Shown here: positions 40,524-50,057 of the stretch, piece by piece
Position numbering within the stretch: position 1 is the stretch's first letter
How the letters are laid out: every line of letters starts with the position of its first letter
Assembly (NCBI GenBank): GCA_050015075.1
Contig: JBEKCB010000004.1
Location: 64,001-128,000, forward strand
From: Candidatus Brocadiia bacterium
Lineage (GTDB): Bacteria; Planctomycetota; Brocadiia; CAIUPP01
Direction: 5' to 3'
Length of the DNA stretch: 64,000 nt
Notes under the pieces: generated by a model
What the model was told of the DNA's origin: nothing
Seen by the model: only the letters and a program-made list of their open reading frames with translations
The model's database searches: none
Position numbers and translations under genes: made by a program

Positions 40524-41711
40524 ATGATAATCTGGCGTCGAGTTCTGACGGCGGCCGTGGTCCTGCTGGCGGCGACCATCGCCGCAGGCGCGGACGAGGC
40601 TAAACCTGAGTACTCCAGCCCGTATGCGCAGTGGAAGAACGGGCCGCCGAAGGATGAGTCCTATTTCCCCATTGCCGTCTGGAACCAGAACCCGATGAAC
40701 GCGGCCAGGTACCAGAAGGCGGGCATCAATCTTTACATCGGCCTGTGGGAAGGTCCGACTGAGGTCCAGCTCGCCGAGCTGAAGAAACACGGAATGCCGG
40801 TCATCTGCGACCAGAACGCCGTGGGCCTGGCTCACGTTAACGATCCGACCATTATCGGCTGGATGCAGCAGGACGAACCGGACAATTCCCAGGAGATCCC
40901 GGGCAAGGAAGGTTACACGCCGCCGATCACGCCGGCCAGGGTCCTTGAGATCTATCAGGCGCTCCGCAAGGCGGATTCCACGCGGCCGGTGTTCCTCGGC
41001 CTCGGCCAGGGCGTGGCCTGGGACAACTGGTTCGGCCGCGGTGTACGCACCAATCACCCGGAGGACTACGCTGAGTACGTCAAGGGGTGCGACATCGCCG
41101 ACTTCGATATCTATCCCATGTCGCACGATAACCCGCAGGTCTATGGCAAGCTGGATTTCGTCGCCAAGGGCGTCGAGCGGCTGGTCAAGTGGACCGAAGG
41201 CCGCAAAATCGTCTGGAACACGATGGAATGCACGCTGATCGGCGGCTCGAATACCAGGCCGACGCCCAAGCAGGTCAAAGCGGAAGTCTGGATGAGCCTG
41301 GTGCACGGAAGCCGCGGAATCCAGTATTTCGTTTGTTCATTCAAGCCAACGTTCAAGGAGTACGCGCTGCTGGACGATCCCGAGATGCTCTCTGCGGTGA
41401 CGGCGATCAACAAGGAAATCCGGGAACTCGCGCCGGTGCTGAACAGCCCCACCATCAAGGACGCGCTCAAGGTGGAATCCTCGAACAAGGACGTGCCGGT
41501 GGCGACGATGGTGAAGAAGCACGGCGGCGCGACGTACGTCTTTGCCGTCGCCATGAAGGCCGGCGAGACGGAAGCCGCCTTCGCCCTCGAAGGTCTCCCT
41601 GCCGCCGCGCAGGTCGAAGTCATCGGCGAGAAGCGGAAGATCGAGCCGGCGGACGGCAAGTTCAAGGACCGCTTCGGCGGCTGGGACGTGCATCTCTATC
41701 GGATCAAGTAG
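40524..41711 (+). CDS. Secreted GH-like protein, array copy 4
   Basis: Paralog; AAGGAG RBS. Confidence 0.9.
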   Translation: MIIWRRVLTAAVVLLAATIAAGADEAKPEYSSPYAQWKNGPPKDESYFPIAVWNQNPMNAARYQKAGINLYIGLWEGPTEVQLAELKKHGMPVICDQNAVGLAHVNDPTIIGWMQQDEPDNSQEIPGKEGYTPPITPARVLEIYQALRKADSTRPVFLGLGQGVAWDNWFGRGVRTNHPEDYAEYVKGCDIADFDIYPMSHDNPQVYGKLDFVAKGVERLVKWTEGRKIVWNTMECTLIGGSNTRPTPKQVKAEVWMSLVHGSRGIQYFVCSFKPTFKEYALLDDPEMLSAVTAINKEIRELAPVLNSPTIKDALKVESSNKDVPVATMVKKHGGATYVFAVAMKAGETEAAFALEGLPAAAQVEVIGEKRKIEPADGKFKDRFGGWDVHLYRIK

Positions 41712-41725
41712 GTAAAGGAGAAACG

Positions 41726-42916
41726 ATGATGATCGGGCGGCGAGTCCTGACGACATGCGCTATCCTGCTGGCCGCGACTATTGCCGCCGGCGCTGACGAA
41801 GCGAAGCCGGCGCCCGCCAATCCTTACGTGCAATGGAAGAACGGGCCGCCGAAGGATGCCGGCTACTTCCCCATCGCCGTCTGGTGCCAGGTGCCGGGCG
41901 ATGCGGCCAGGTACAGGCAGGCGGGCATCAATCTTTACGTCGCCCTGTGGGATGGGCCGACCGAGGCCCAGCTTGCCGAGCTCAAGAAATGCGGAATGCA
42001 GGTCATCTGCGAGCAGAACGCCGTGGGCCTGGCCCATAAGGACGACCCGACTATTGTCGGCTGGCTGCAGCCCGACGAGCCCGACAATGCGCAGGAGCTT
42101 CCGGGAGGCAAGGGTTGGGGACTGCCCATCTCGCCGGCCGAGATTCATAAGGGCTACGACGCGATGCGCAAGGCGGATTCCACGCGGCCGGTGTACTGTG
42201 GCCTCGGCGTAGGTGTGGCCTGGGACGGCTGGTACGGCCGCAACGTGCCTGCGGATAAACGCGACGAATACGCCGAGCCGCAGTATCTTAAGGGATGTGA
42301 TATCGTCGGCTTCGACATCTATCCCGCGGCGTCGGGCGACGCGGCGGTCAAAGGCAAGCTGGATTTCGTCGCCCTGGGCGTCAGCCGGCTGTACAAATGG
42401 GCCGACGGAAAGAAGATCGTCTGGAATACCATCGAGTGCACGAACATCTCGGGCGCGGGCAAAGCGACGCCCAAGCAGGTCAAGGCGGAATTCTGGATGA
42501 GCCTGGTGCGCGGCAGCCAGGGAGTCCTCTATTTCTGCCATCAAATGGGCCCCAAGTTTGACGAGCACGCGCTGCTGGACGATCCGGAGATGCTCGCCGG
42601 GGTGACGGCGATCAACAAGCAGGTCCATGAGCTTGCGCCCGCGCTGAACAGCCCCACCGTCAAGGACGCGCTCAAAGTGGAATGCTCGAACCAGGCCGTG
42701 CCGGTGGCGACGATGGTGAAGAAGGAAGGCGGCGCGACGTACATCTTCGCCGTCGCCATGCAGCCGGGCGAGACGGAAGCCGCGTTCACCCTCGACGGAC
42801 TCCCCGCCGGCGCGAAGGTTGAAGTCATCGGCGAAAACCGGAAGATTGAGCCGGCGGACGGCAAGTTCAAGGACCGCTTCAGCGACTGGGACGTGCATCT
42901 CTACCGGATCAAGTAG
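41726..42916 (+). CDS. Secreted GH-like protein, array copy 5
   Basis: Paralog; AAGGAG RBS (ORF-track start at 41189 is an artefactual extension). Confidence 0.9.
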   Translation: MMIGRRVLTTCAILLAATIAAGADEAKPAPANPYVQWKNGPPKDAGYFPIAVWCQVPGDAARYRQAGINLYVALWDGPTEAQLAELKKCGMQVICEQNAVGLAHKDDPTIVGWLQPDEPDNAQELPGGKGWGLPISPAEIHKGYDAMRKADSTRPVYCGLGVGVAWDGWYGRNVPADKRDEYAEPQYLKGCDIVGFDIYPAASGDAAVKGKLDFVALGVSRLYKWADGKKIVWNTIECTNISGAGKATPKQVKAEFWMSLVRGSQGVLYFCHQMGPKFDEHALLDDPEMLAGVTAINKQVHELAPALNSPTVKDALKVECSNQAVPVATMVKKEGGATYIFAVAMQPGETEAAFTLDGLPAGAKVEVIGENRKIEPADGKFKDRFSDWDVHLYRIK

Positions 42917-42927
42917 GAAAAGGAGAA

Positions 42928-44115
42928 ATGATGATCATCGGGCGGCAAGTCCTGACGACGTGCGCTCTCTTGCTGGCCGCCACCATTGCCGCCGGCGCGG
43001 ACGAGGCCAAGCCTCAGGGCTCCAGTCCGTACGTGCAATGGAAGAACGGGCCGCCGAAGGATGAGTCCTATTTCCCCATCGTCGTCTGGGACCAGGAGCC
43101 GAGCGATGCGCCCCGGTACCAGAAGGCGGGCTTCAATCTTTACAACGGCCTGTGGATGGGGCCGACCGAAGCCCAGCTCGCCGAGCTCAAGAAACACGGA
43201 ATGCACGTCATCTGCGACCAGAACGCCGTGGGCCTGGCTCATAAGGACGACCCGATCATTGTCGGCTGGCTGCAGGAGGACGAGCCTGACAATTCCCAGT
43301 CGCTGCCCGGAGGCAAAGGCTACGGACCGCCTATTCTGCCAGCTAAGATCATTAAGATATACGAAGCGATGCGCAAGGCGGATCCCACGCGGCCGGTGTT
43401 CCTGGGTTTCGGCCAGTCGGTGGCCTGGGACGGCTATAATGGCCGTGGCGAGCGCAGCGGGCATCCCGAGGACTACGCCGAGTACGCCAAGGGAGGCGAC
43501 ATCGTCGCGTTCGACGTCTACCCCGTGTCGCACGGAGAACGGGAGATCAAAGGCAAGCCGGAGTACGTCGGCCTGGGCGTCGAGCGGCTGGTCAAGTGGA
43601 CCGGAGGACGCAAGATCGTCTGGAACACCGTCGAATGCACCGCGATTGACGGGGCCGGCAAGGCGACGCCCAAGCAGGTCAAAGCGGAAGTCTGGATGAG
43701 CCTGGTGCACGGGAGCCAGGGAATTCAGTATTTCGTCCATGAATTCAAGCCGAGAGAGAACGACCACGCGCTCCTGGATGACCCGAAGATGCTCGCCGCG
43801 GTGACGGCGATCAACAAGCAGATCCATGAACTCGCGCCGGCGCTGAACAGCCCCACCGTCAAGGACGCGCTGAAGGTGGAGTCCTCGAACAAGGACGTGC
43901 CGGTGGCGGCCATGGTGAAGAAGCACGGCGGCGCGACCTATGTCTTCGCCGTCCCCATGAAGGCCGGCGCCACGGAAGCCGTCATCACCCTCGACGGTCT
44001 TCCTGCCGGCGCGAAGGTCGAAGTCCTCGGCGAGGACCGGAAGATCGAGCCGGCGGATGGCAAGTTTCAGGACCACTTCGGCGACTGGGACGTGCACCTC
44101 TATCGGATCAAGTAG
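42928..44115 (+). CDS. Secreted GH-like protein, array copy 6
   Basis: Paralog; AAGGAG RBS. Confidence 0.9.
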   Translation: MMIIGRQVLTTCALLLAATIAAGADEAKPQGSSPYVQWKNGPPKDESYFPIVVWDQEPSDAPRYQKAGFNLYNGLWMGPTEAQLAELKKHGMHVICDQNAVGLAHKDDPIIVGWLQEDEPDNSQSLPGGKGYGPPILPAKIIKIYEAMRKADPTRPVFLGFGQSVAWDGYNGRGERSGHPEDYAEYAKGGDIVAFDVYPVSHGEREIKGKPEYVGLGVERLVKWTGGRKIVWNTVECTAIDGAGKATPKQVKAEVWMSLVHGSQGIQYFVHEFKPRENDHALLDDPKMLAAVTAINKQIHELAPALNSPTVKDALKVESSNKDVPVAAMVKKHGGATYVFAVPMKAGATEAVITLDGLPAGAKVEVLGEDRKIEPADGKFQDHFGDWDVHLYRIK

Positions 44116-44221
44116 GCGCCGGTCTTCGCGCTGACCGCGACCGGCGTCATGGCCTTAATGAGTTACAGCCGCAAAGCGGCGCAGGAAGGCCCTGCCTGTC
44201 CAAGCCACAAAGGAGCTGGAG

Positions 44222-45502
44222 ATGGCGGCGATGCAGATGATGGCTTTATGCCCGGCGTTCCTGACGCTCTTCGCCGCATCCCGCGCGATGGCTGAGAACC
44301 CGGCGTGGCCCGTCAAGGTCAGCCCGAACGGACGCTATTTCGTCGGCCAGGACGGCAAGCCGATCTTCTGGCTCGGCACAACCCAATGGGAACTCTTCCA
44401 CGGATATACTCTCGAGGACGCCCGGACGATCCTGCATCAGACCCGCAGCCATGGATTCACCTTCGTCCAGGTGATGCTCCTGGGCGTAAGCGACGGCACG
44501 AAGCCCAACGTGTACGGCGAGAAGCCCTGGATCAATGACAATCCGCTCACGCCGAACGAGGCGTACTTCAGGAACGTGGATGCCGTCGTGAAGGCCGCAC
44601 GCGCCGAGAACCTGACCATCCTGTTGACTACATACCATCAGAGCTGGCGCAAGTACATCACGGTGGAGAACGCGCGGGCCTGGACGAAATGGGTCTCGGC
44701 GCGTTACAAGGACGCGCCGAACATGGCCTGGACGATGAACCCGCAGGCGAAAGAGGAGTTCATCCCCGTCATCCGCGAGCTGGTTGCGGGCCTGCGAGAG
44801 GGAGACGACGGGCGCCACCTGATCAGCGCGAAGCCGGATCCCTCGCCTTTTTCGTCCAGCTTCGTCCACCCGGAGCCGTTGTTCGATTTCAACGCGATGC
44901 AGACCTGGAATGCCGTCCAGCTCATCTACCCCATGGTGACGCACGACTACCAGCTCAAGCCGGTGAAGCCCGTGCTCATGGCGGAAGGCGCGTACGAGGC
45001 GGGCTCCGAATACGGGTTCGAGGTCACGCCGCTCTGGGTTCGGCGGCAGGCCTACTACTCCTACCTGGCCGGCGCGCACCATACCTATGGGCATAACGCC
45101 AGTTGGCGCGTTCTGCCGAGTTGGAAGTCGGCGCTGGATGCGCCCGGCGCGCAACAGATGGGCATCCTCCGCAAGGTGTTCGAAGCGCGCGCGGAGTGGT
45201 GGCTGCTGGCGCCCGATCAATCCCTTTTCGCCGACGGCGGCCAGACGGAGGGTCAGATCCTTCACCTGGCGGCGCGGCACCAGGGCGGCAAATGGGCGAT
45301 GCTCTATCTCGCGGACAAGGCCGAGTTCAGCGTGGACCTCAGCAAGCTGAAAGGGCCCGGAGTCAGCGCCTTCTGGTGCAATCCGCAGTCGGGCGATAAG
45401 ACGCCGATCGAGCCGCTGACGAACAAGGAAGTGAAGCGCTTCTCAACGCCCGAAGGCTGGGAGGACGCTCTCCTGATCCTGGAGACAAAGGAGGAACGAT
45501 GA
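44222..45502 (+). CDS. DUF4038 / apiosidase-like (GH140-related) secreted protein with C-terminal beta-sandwich
   Basis: VSPNGRYF..DGKPIFWLG, GFTFVQV, KPVLMAEGAYE, HTYGHN, W..ALDAPGA. Confidence 0.8.
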   Translation: MAAMQMMALCPAFLTLFAASRAMAENPAWPVKVSPNGRYFVGQDGKPIFWLGTTQWELFHGYTLEDARTILHQTRSHGFTFVQVMLLGVSDGTKPNVYGEKPWINDNPLTPNEAYFRNVDAVVKAARAENLTILLTTYHQSWRKYITVENARAWTKWVSARYKDAPNMAWTMNPQAKEEFIPVIRELVAGLREGDDGRHLISAKPDPSPFSSSFVHPEPLFDFNAMQTWNAVQLIYPMVTHDYQLKPVKPVLMAEGAYEAGSEYGFEVTPLWVRRQAYYSYLAGAHHTYGHNASWRVLPSWKSALDAPGAQQMGILRKVFEARAEWWLLAPDQSLFADGGQTEGQILHLAARHQGGKWAMLYLADKAEFSVDLSKLKGPGVSAFWCNPQSGDKTPIEPLTNKEVKRFSTPEGWEDALLILETKEER

Positions 45503-46680
45503 TGATGTGGCAACGTGTGCTGGCGACCTCCGTTATCCTGCTGGCGGCGGCCCTTGCCGCCGGCGCCGACGAAGCGCAACCCGAAGCGCCCGGTCCCTAT
45601 GCGCAATGGAAGAATGGGCCGGGAAAGGATGCTTCCTACTTCCCGCTCGCCGTCTGGGCGCAGGAGCCGCGCGATGCGGCCGGGTACAAGAAGGCGGGTA
45701 TCAATCTTTACATCGGCCTGGAGGGGCAACCCGACGCCGCGCTCGCAGAGTTGAAGAAAGCGGGGATGCCGGTCATCTGCGACCAGAATGCAAGGACTCT
45801 GGCCCACAAGGACGATCCGATCATCGTCGGCTGGATGCACGGCGACGAACCCGACAACGCCCAGGAGGTGCCCGGAAGCAAAGGCTACGGGCCGCCCGTG
45901 CTGCCGGCCAAGATCATCGCGGAGTACGAAGCGTTCCGCAAGGCGGATCCTTCCCGGCCGGTGCTGCTCAATCTCGGCCGATGCGTGGCCTGCGACGACC
46001 TGCCTGACCGCGACGGCCGTAGCCATCACCCGGAGGATTATCCCGAATACCTCAAAGGCTGCGACATCGGCTCGTTCGACATTTACCCCGTGGCGCATTC
46101 GTCCCCGCCGTACGCCGGCAAGCTGGATTTCGTCGGCACGGGCGTCGAGCGGCTGATCAAGTGGACCGACGGGCGCAAGCCTGTCTGGAACTGCATGGAA
46201 TGCACGCGGATCCACGGAGAAGACAAGCCGACGCCCAAGCAGGTCAAAGCGGAAATCTGGATCGGCCTGGTGCACGGGAGCCAGGGAATCATCTACTTCT
46301 GCCATCAGTTCCTGCCCAAGGAGGACGACCACGCGCTCCTGGACGATCCGCCGATGCTCGCCGCGGTCGGGGCGATCAACAAGGAGATCCTGGAACTGGC
46401 GCCGGCGCTGAACAGCCCCACTGTCAAGGACGCACTCAAGGTGGAATCCTCGAACGCCGAGGTGCCGCTGGCGACGATGGTCAAGAAGCAAGGCGGCGCG
46501 ACCTACATCTTTGCCGTCACCATGAAACCCGGCGAGACGCAAGCCGTCTACACCCTCGAGGGCCTCCCTGCCGGCGCGCAGGTCGAAGTCCTGGGCGAAA
46601 ACCGGAAGATCGAGCCGGTGAAGGGCAAGTTCAAGGACCACTTCGGCCACTGGGACGTGCATCTCTATCGGATCAAGTAG
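45499..46680 (+). CDS. Secreted GH-like protein, array copy 7
   Basis: Paralog; ATGA overlap with the DUF4038 gene. Confidence 0.9.
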   Translation: MMMWQRVLATSVILLAAALAAGADEAQPEAPGPYAQWKNGPGKDASYFPLAVWAQEPRDAAGYKKAGINLYIGLEGQPDAALAELKKAGMPVICDQNARTLAHKDDPIIVGWMHGDEPDNAQEVPGSKGYGPPVLPAKIIAEYEAFRKADPSRPVLLNLGRCVACDDLPDRDGRSHHPEDYPEYLKGCDIGSFDIYPVAHSSPPYAGKLDFVGTGVERLIKWTDGRKPVWNCMECTRIHGEDKPTPKQVKAEIWIGLVHGSQGIIYFCHQFLPKEDDHALLDDPPMLAAVGAINKEILELAPALNSPTVKDALKVESSNAEVPLATMVKKQGGATYIFAVTMKPGETQAVYTLEGLPAGAQVEVLGENRKIEPVKGKFKDHFGHWDVHLYRIK

Positions 46681-46702
46681 ACAACCAAGGAGGAAGAAGA
46701 CG

Positions 46703-47884
46703 ATGTGGCAGCGAGTTCTGACGACCGCCGCCGTGATTCTGTCCGCGACGATGGCCGCAGGCGCCGACGAAACGAAACCTGAGTTCGTCAGTCCCTATGC
46801 GCAATGGAAGAACGGGCCGTCGAAGGATGACTCCTTCTTCCCCATCGGCGTCTGTACGCAGGAGCCGAGCGATGCGCCCAGGTACCAGAAGGCGGGCATC
46901 AATTTTTACGAGGGCCTGTGGAAGGGGCCGACCGAAGCCCAGCTCGCCGAGCTCAAGAAATGGGGAATGTCGGTCTCGTGCAGCCAGAATGCCGTGGGCC
47001 TCGCCCACAAGGACGATCCGATCATCATCGCCTGGGAGATCGAAGAGGACGAACCCGACAACGCCCAGGCGCTCCCGGCAGGCAATGACTACGGGCCGCC
47101 GATATTGCCGGTCAAGGTCGTCCAGGAGTACGAAGCGATCCGCAAGGCGGATCCCACGCGGCCGGTGTTCCTCTGTCTCGGCCAGGGCGTGGCCTGGGAC
47201 GGCTGGGTCGGCCGCGGCGTGCGCACCAATCACCCCGAGGACTACCCCGAGTACGCCAAGGCGTGCGACATCGCCGCGTATGACATCTACCCCGCGGCGC
47301 ACACGAACCCGCAGGTCAAAGGCAAGCTGGATTTCGTCGCCCGGGGCGTCGAGCGGCTGGTCAAGTGGACCGGCGGACGCAAGCCGGTCTGGAACGCCAT
47401 CGAATGCACGCGCATCAATTCGGACACCAAGGCGACGCCCAAGCAGGTCAAGGCGGAAGTCTGGATGAGCCTGGTCCACGGCGCCGCCGGAATCCTGTAT
47501 TTCGTCCATGAATGGAAGCCCAAGTTCGACGAGCACGCGCTGCTGGACGATCCCGAGATGCTCGCGGCGGTGACGGCGATCAACGGGCAGATCAGGGAAC
47601 TCGCCCCGGCGTTGAACAGCCCCACTTTCAAGGACGCGCTCAAGGTGGAATCCTCGAACACGGGCGTGCCGGTGGCGGCCATGGTGAAGAGGCGCGGCGG
47701 CGCGACGTACGTCTTTGCCGTCGCCATGAAGCCCGGCGCGACGGAAGCCGCCTTCACACTCGAAGGTCTCCCTGCCGGCGCGCAGGTTGAAGTCATCGGC
47801 GAAAACCGGAAGATCGAGCCGGCGGGCGGCGAGTTCAAGGACCGTTTCGGCGACTGGGACGTGCATCTCTACCGGATCAAGTAG
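46703..47884 (+). CDS. Secreted GH-like protein, array copy 8
   Basis: Paralog; AAGGAGG RBS. Confidence 0.9.
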   Translation: MWQRVLTTAAVILSATMAAGADETKPEFVSPYAQWKNGPSKDDSFFPIGVCTQEPSDAPRYQKAGINFYEGLWKGPTEAQLAELKKWGMSVSCSQNAVGLAHKDDPIIIAWEIEEDEPDNAQALPAGNDYGPPILPVKVVQEYEAIRKADPTRPVFLCLGQGVAWDGWVGRGVRTNHPEDYPEYAKACDIAAYDIYPAAHTNPQVKGKLDFVARGVERLVKWTGGRKPVWNAIECTRINSDTKATPKQVKAEVWMSLVHGAAGILYFVHEWKPKFDEHALLDDPEMLAAVTAINGQIRELAPALNSPTFKDALKVESSNTGVPVAAMVKRRGGATYVFAVAMKPGATEAAFTLEGLPAGAQVEVIGENRKIEPAGGEFKDRFGDWDVHLYRIK

Positions 47885-47904
47885 ACAACCAAGGAGGAAC
47901 GAAG

Positions 47905-49083
47905 ATGATGTGGCACCGAGTCCTGACGACAGGCGTTTTAGTGCTGGCCGCGACCATTGCCGCCGGCGCCGACGAGGCTAAACCCGAGGCCGCCGGTCCC
48001 TACGCGCAATGGCAGAACGGGCCGCCGAAGGATGACTCCTATTTTCCGCTCGCGGTCTGGGCGCAGGAGCCGAGCGACGCGCCGAGGTATCAGAAGGCGG
48101 GCATCAATCTGTTCATCGGCCTGGAGGGGCGCGCCGATTCCGCACTCGCCGAGCTGAAGAAATATGGAATGCACGTCATCTGCGGCCAGGATGCTCGGAC
48201 TATGGCCCACAAGGACGATCCGACCATTGTCGGCTGGATGCAGGGCGACGAACCCGACAATGCCCAGGACCTGCCGGGACACAATGGCTACGGGCCGCCC
48301 ATATTGCCGGCCAAGATCATTGCGAAATACGAAGCGATGCGCAAGGCGGATCCAACCCGGCCGGTGTTCCTCAATCTCGGCCGGGCCACGGCCTGGGATG
48401 AGCTTCCCGACCGCGGCGAGCGCAGCAGGCATCCCGAGGACTACGTCGAGTACGTCAAGGGATGCGACATCGCCTCGTTCGACATCTACCCGGTGGCGCA
48501 GAACGACCCGAAGGTCAAGAACAAGCTGGAGTTCGTCGGCAAGGGCGTCGAGCGGCTGGTCAAGTTCACCGACGGGCGCAAGCCGGTCTGGAACTGCATC
48601 GAATGCACGCGGATTGACGGCGGCGACAAGGCGTCGCCCAAACAGGTCAAGGCGGAAGTCTGGATCGCCCTGGTGCATGGGAGCCACGGAATCGTCTATT
48701 TCTGCCATGCCTTCAAGCCCACAGAGGATGACCACGCGATCCTGGACGATCCCGAGAACCTCGCCGCGGTGACGGCGATCAACGGGCAGATCCGGGAACT
48801 CGCCCCTGCGCTGAACAGCCCCACCATCAAGGGCGCGCTCAAGGTGGAATCCTCGAACGAGGACTTGCCGGTGGCGGCCATGGTGAAGAAGCACGGCGGC
48901 GCGACCTACGTCTTCGCCGTCGCCATGAAGCCCGGCGAGACGGAAGCCAGCTTCACCCTCGAGGGTCTCCCGGCCGGCGCGAAGGTCGAAGTCCTCGGCG
49001 AGGGCCGGAAGATCGAGCCGGCCGACGGCAAGTTCAAGGACGCCTTCAAGGACTGGGACGTCCACCTCTATCGGATCAAGTGA
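47905..49083 (+). CDS. Secreted GH-like protein, array copy 9
   Basis: Paralog; AAGGAGG RBS. Confidence 0.9.
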   Translation: MMWHRVLTTGVLVLAATIAAGADEAKPEAAGPYAQWQNGPPKDDSYFPLAVWAQEPSDAPRYQKAGINLFIGLEGRADSALAELKKYGMHVICGQDARTMAHKDDPTIVGWMQGDEPDNAQDLPGHNGYGPPILPAKIIAKYEAMRKADPTRPVFLNLGRATAWDELPDRGERSRHPEDYVEYVKGCDIASFDIYPVAQNDPKVKNKLEFVGKGVERLVKFTDGRKPVWNCIECTRIDGGDKASPKQVKAEVWIALVHGSHGIVYFCHAFKPTEDDHAILDDPENLAAVTAINGQIRELAPALNSPTIKGALKVESSNEDLPVAAMVKKHGGATYVFAVAMKPGETEASFTLEGLPAGAKVEVLGEGRKIEPADGKFKDAFKDWDVHLYRIK

Positions 49084-49146
49084 AGCAGGTTCGTGACAGC
49101 CGCGGACCGCCGGTCACCTGAAAACCATGGTTGAAAAAGAAAAGCG

Positions 49147-50013
49147 GTGAAAACGAAGCACTGGGCTGCCGTTGCTCTATGCACGGGACTGATCGCCGCG
49201 TTCACCGCCGTCATTGCGCTCAATTACGGCCTCTTTTCACCGGGCCATGTCCAGGCGCTGTCCCGCGCCTGGTTCATGGTGCTGGTCGCGGCCTTCCTGA
49301 CCGGCTACATTGACACCTGCGTCGGCGGCGGCCACGGCACGCTGCTGACTCCGGTCCTCATTCTCCTGGGATTCACGGCCGCGATGGTGGTCCCGGCCGT
49401 TCTCCTGTCTGAGATCGCCATCGGCATCCTGGCCACCATCCTGAATCACCGCGCGGGCAACATTCGCCTGGCGCAGGGCGAGCAGCACCGCCGCGTGCTT
49501 CTCGTGCTGGCCGCGTGCTCGCTGGTCGGCTCGTTCATCGCGGTGACGGTGGCCATGCAGGCGCCGCCGAAATGGGTCAACGCCTACATCGGCATGATGA
49601 TCATGGCAGTGGGAGTTCTGCTCCTGGCGGGACGAGGGATTCCCCGCAAGTTCTCGATGCGGCGGATCGCGGTCCTGGGCACGATCGCCGCGTTCAACAA
49701 GGGCCTGTCCGGCGGCGGCTACGGGCCCCTGCTCACCAGCGGCCAGATTCTCTCGGGAGTGGGCGAGAAAGGCGCGGTGAGCATCACGCCGCCCGCCCGC
49801 GGGTTGACCAGCCTGTTCGCGGTGACGCTGTACTTCGCGGCCAGGGGCCGCCTGGAATTGAACTTGGCCGCCCCGCTCATTATCGGCTCCCTGCTGGCGA
49901 TGCCGGCGGCCGTCGGCACGATTACCTGGATCGAGGCCCCGATGCTGCGGAAAGGCATCACCGTGGCCACCCTGATCCTCGGCGCACTGCTCGTGATCAA
50001 GGCGTTTCATTGA
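49147..50013 (+). CDS. TauE/SafE-family (sulfite exporter-like) membrane protein
   Basis: Multi-TM protein with duplicated Gly motifs VGGGHGTLLTP and SGGGYGPLLT. Confidence 0.8.
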   Translation: MKTKHWAAVALCTGLIAAFTAVIALNYGLFSPGHVQALSRAWFMVLVAAFLTGYIDTCVGGGHGTLLTPVLILLGFTAAMVVPAVLLSEIAIGILATILNHRAGNIRLAQGEQHRRVLLVLAACSLVGSFIAVTVAMQAPPKWVNAYIGMMIMAVGVLLLAGRGIPRKFSMRRIAVLGTIAAFNKGLSGGGYGPLLTSGQILSGVGEKGAVSITPPARGLTSLFAVTLYFAARGRLELNLAAPLIIGSLLAMPAAVGTITWIEAPMLRKGITVATLILGALLVIKAFH

Positions 50014-50057
50014 ACGGTATTCCGGGAAACACGACCCGCATGGAAATGGAGAGACTC

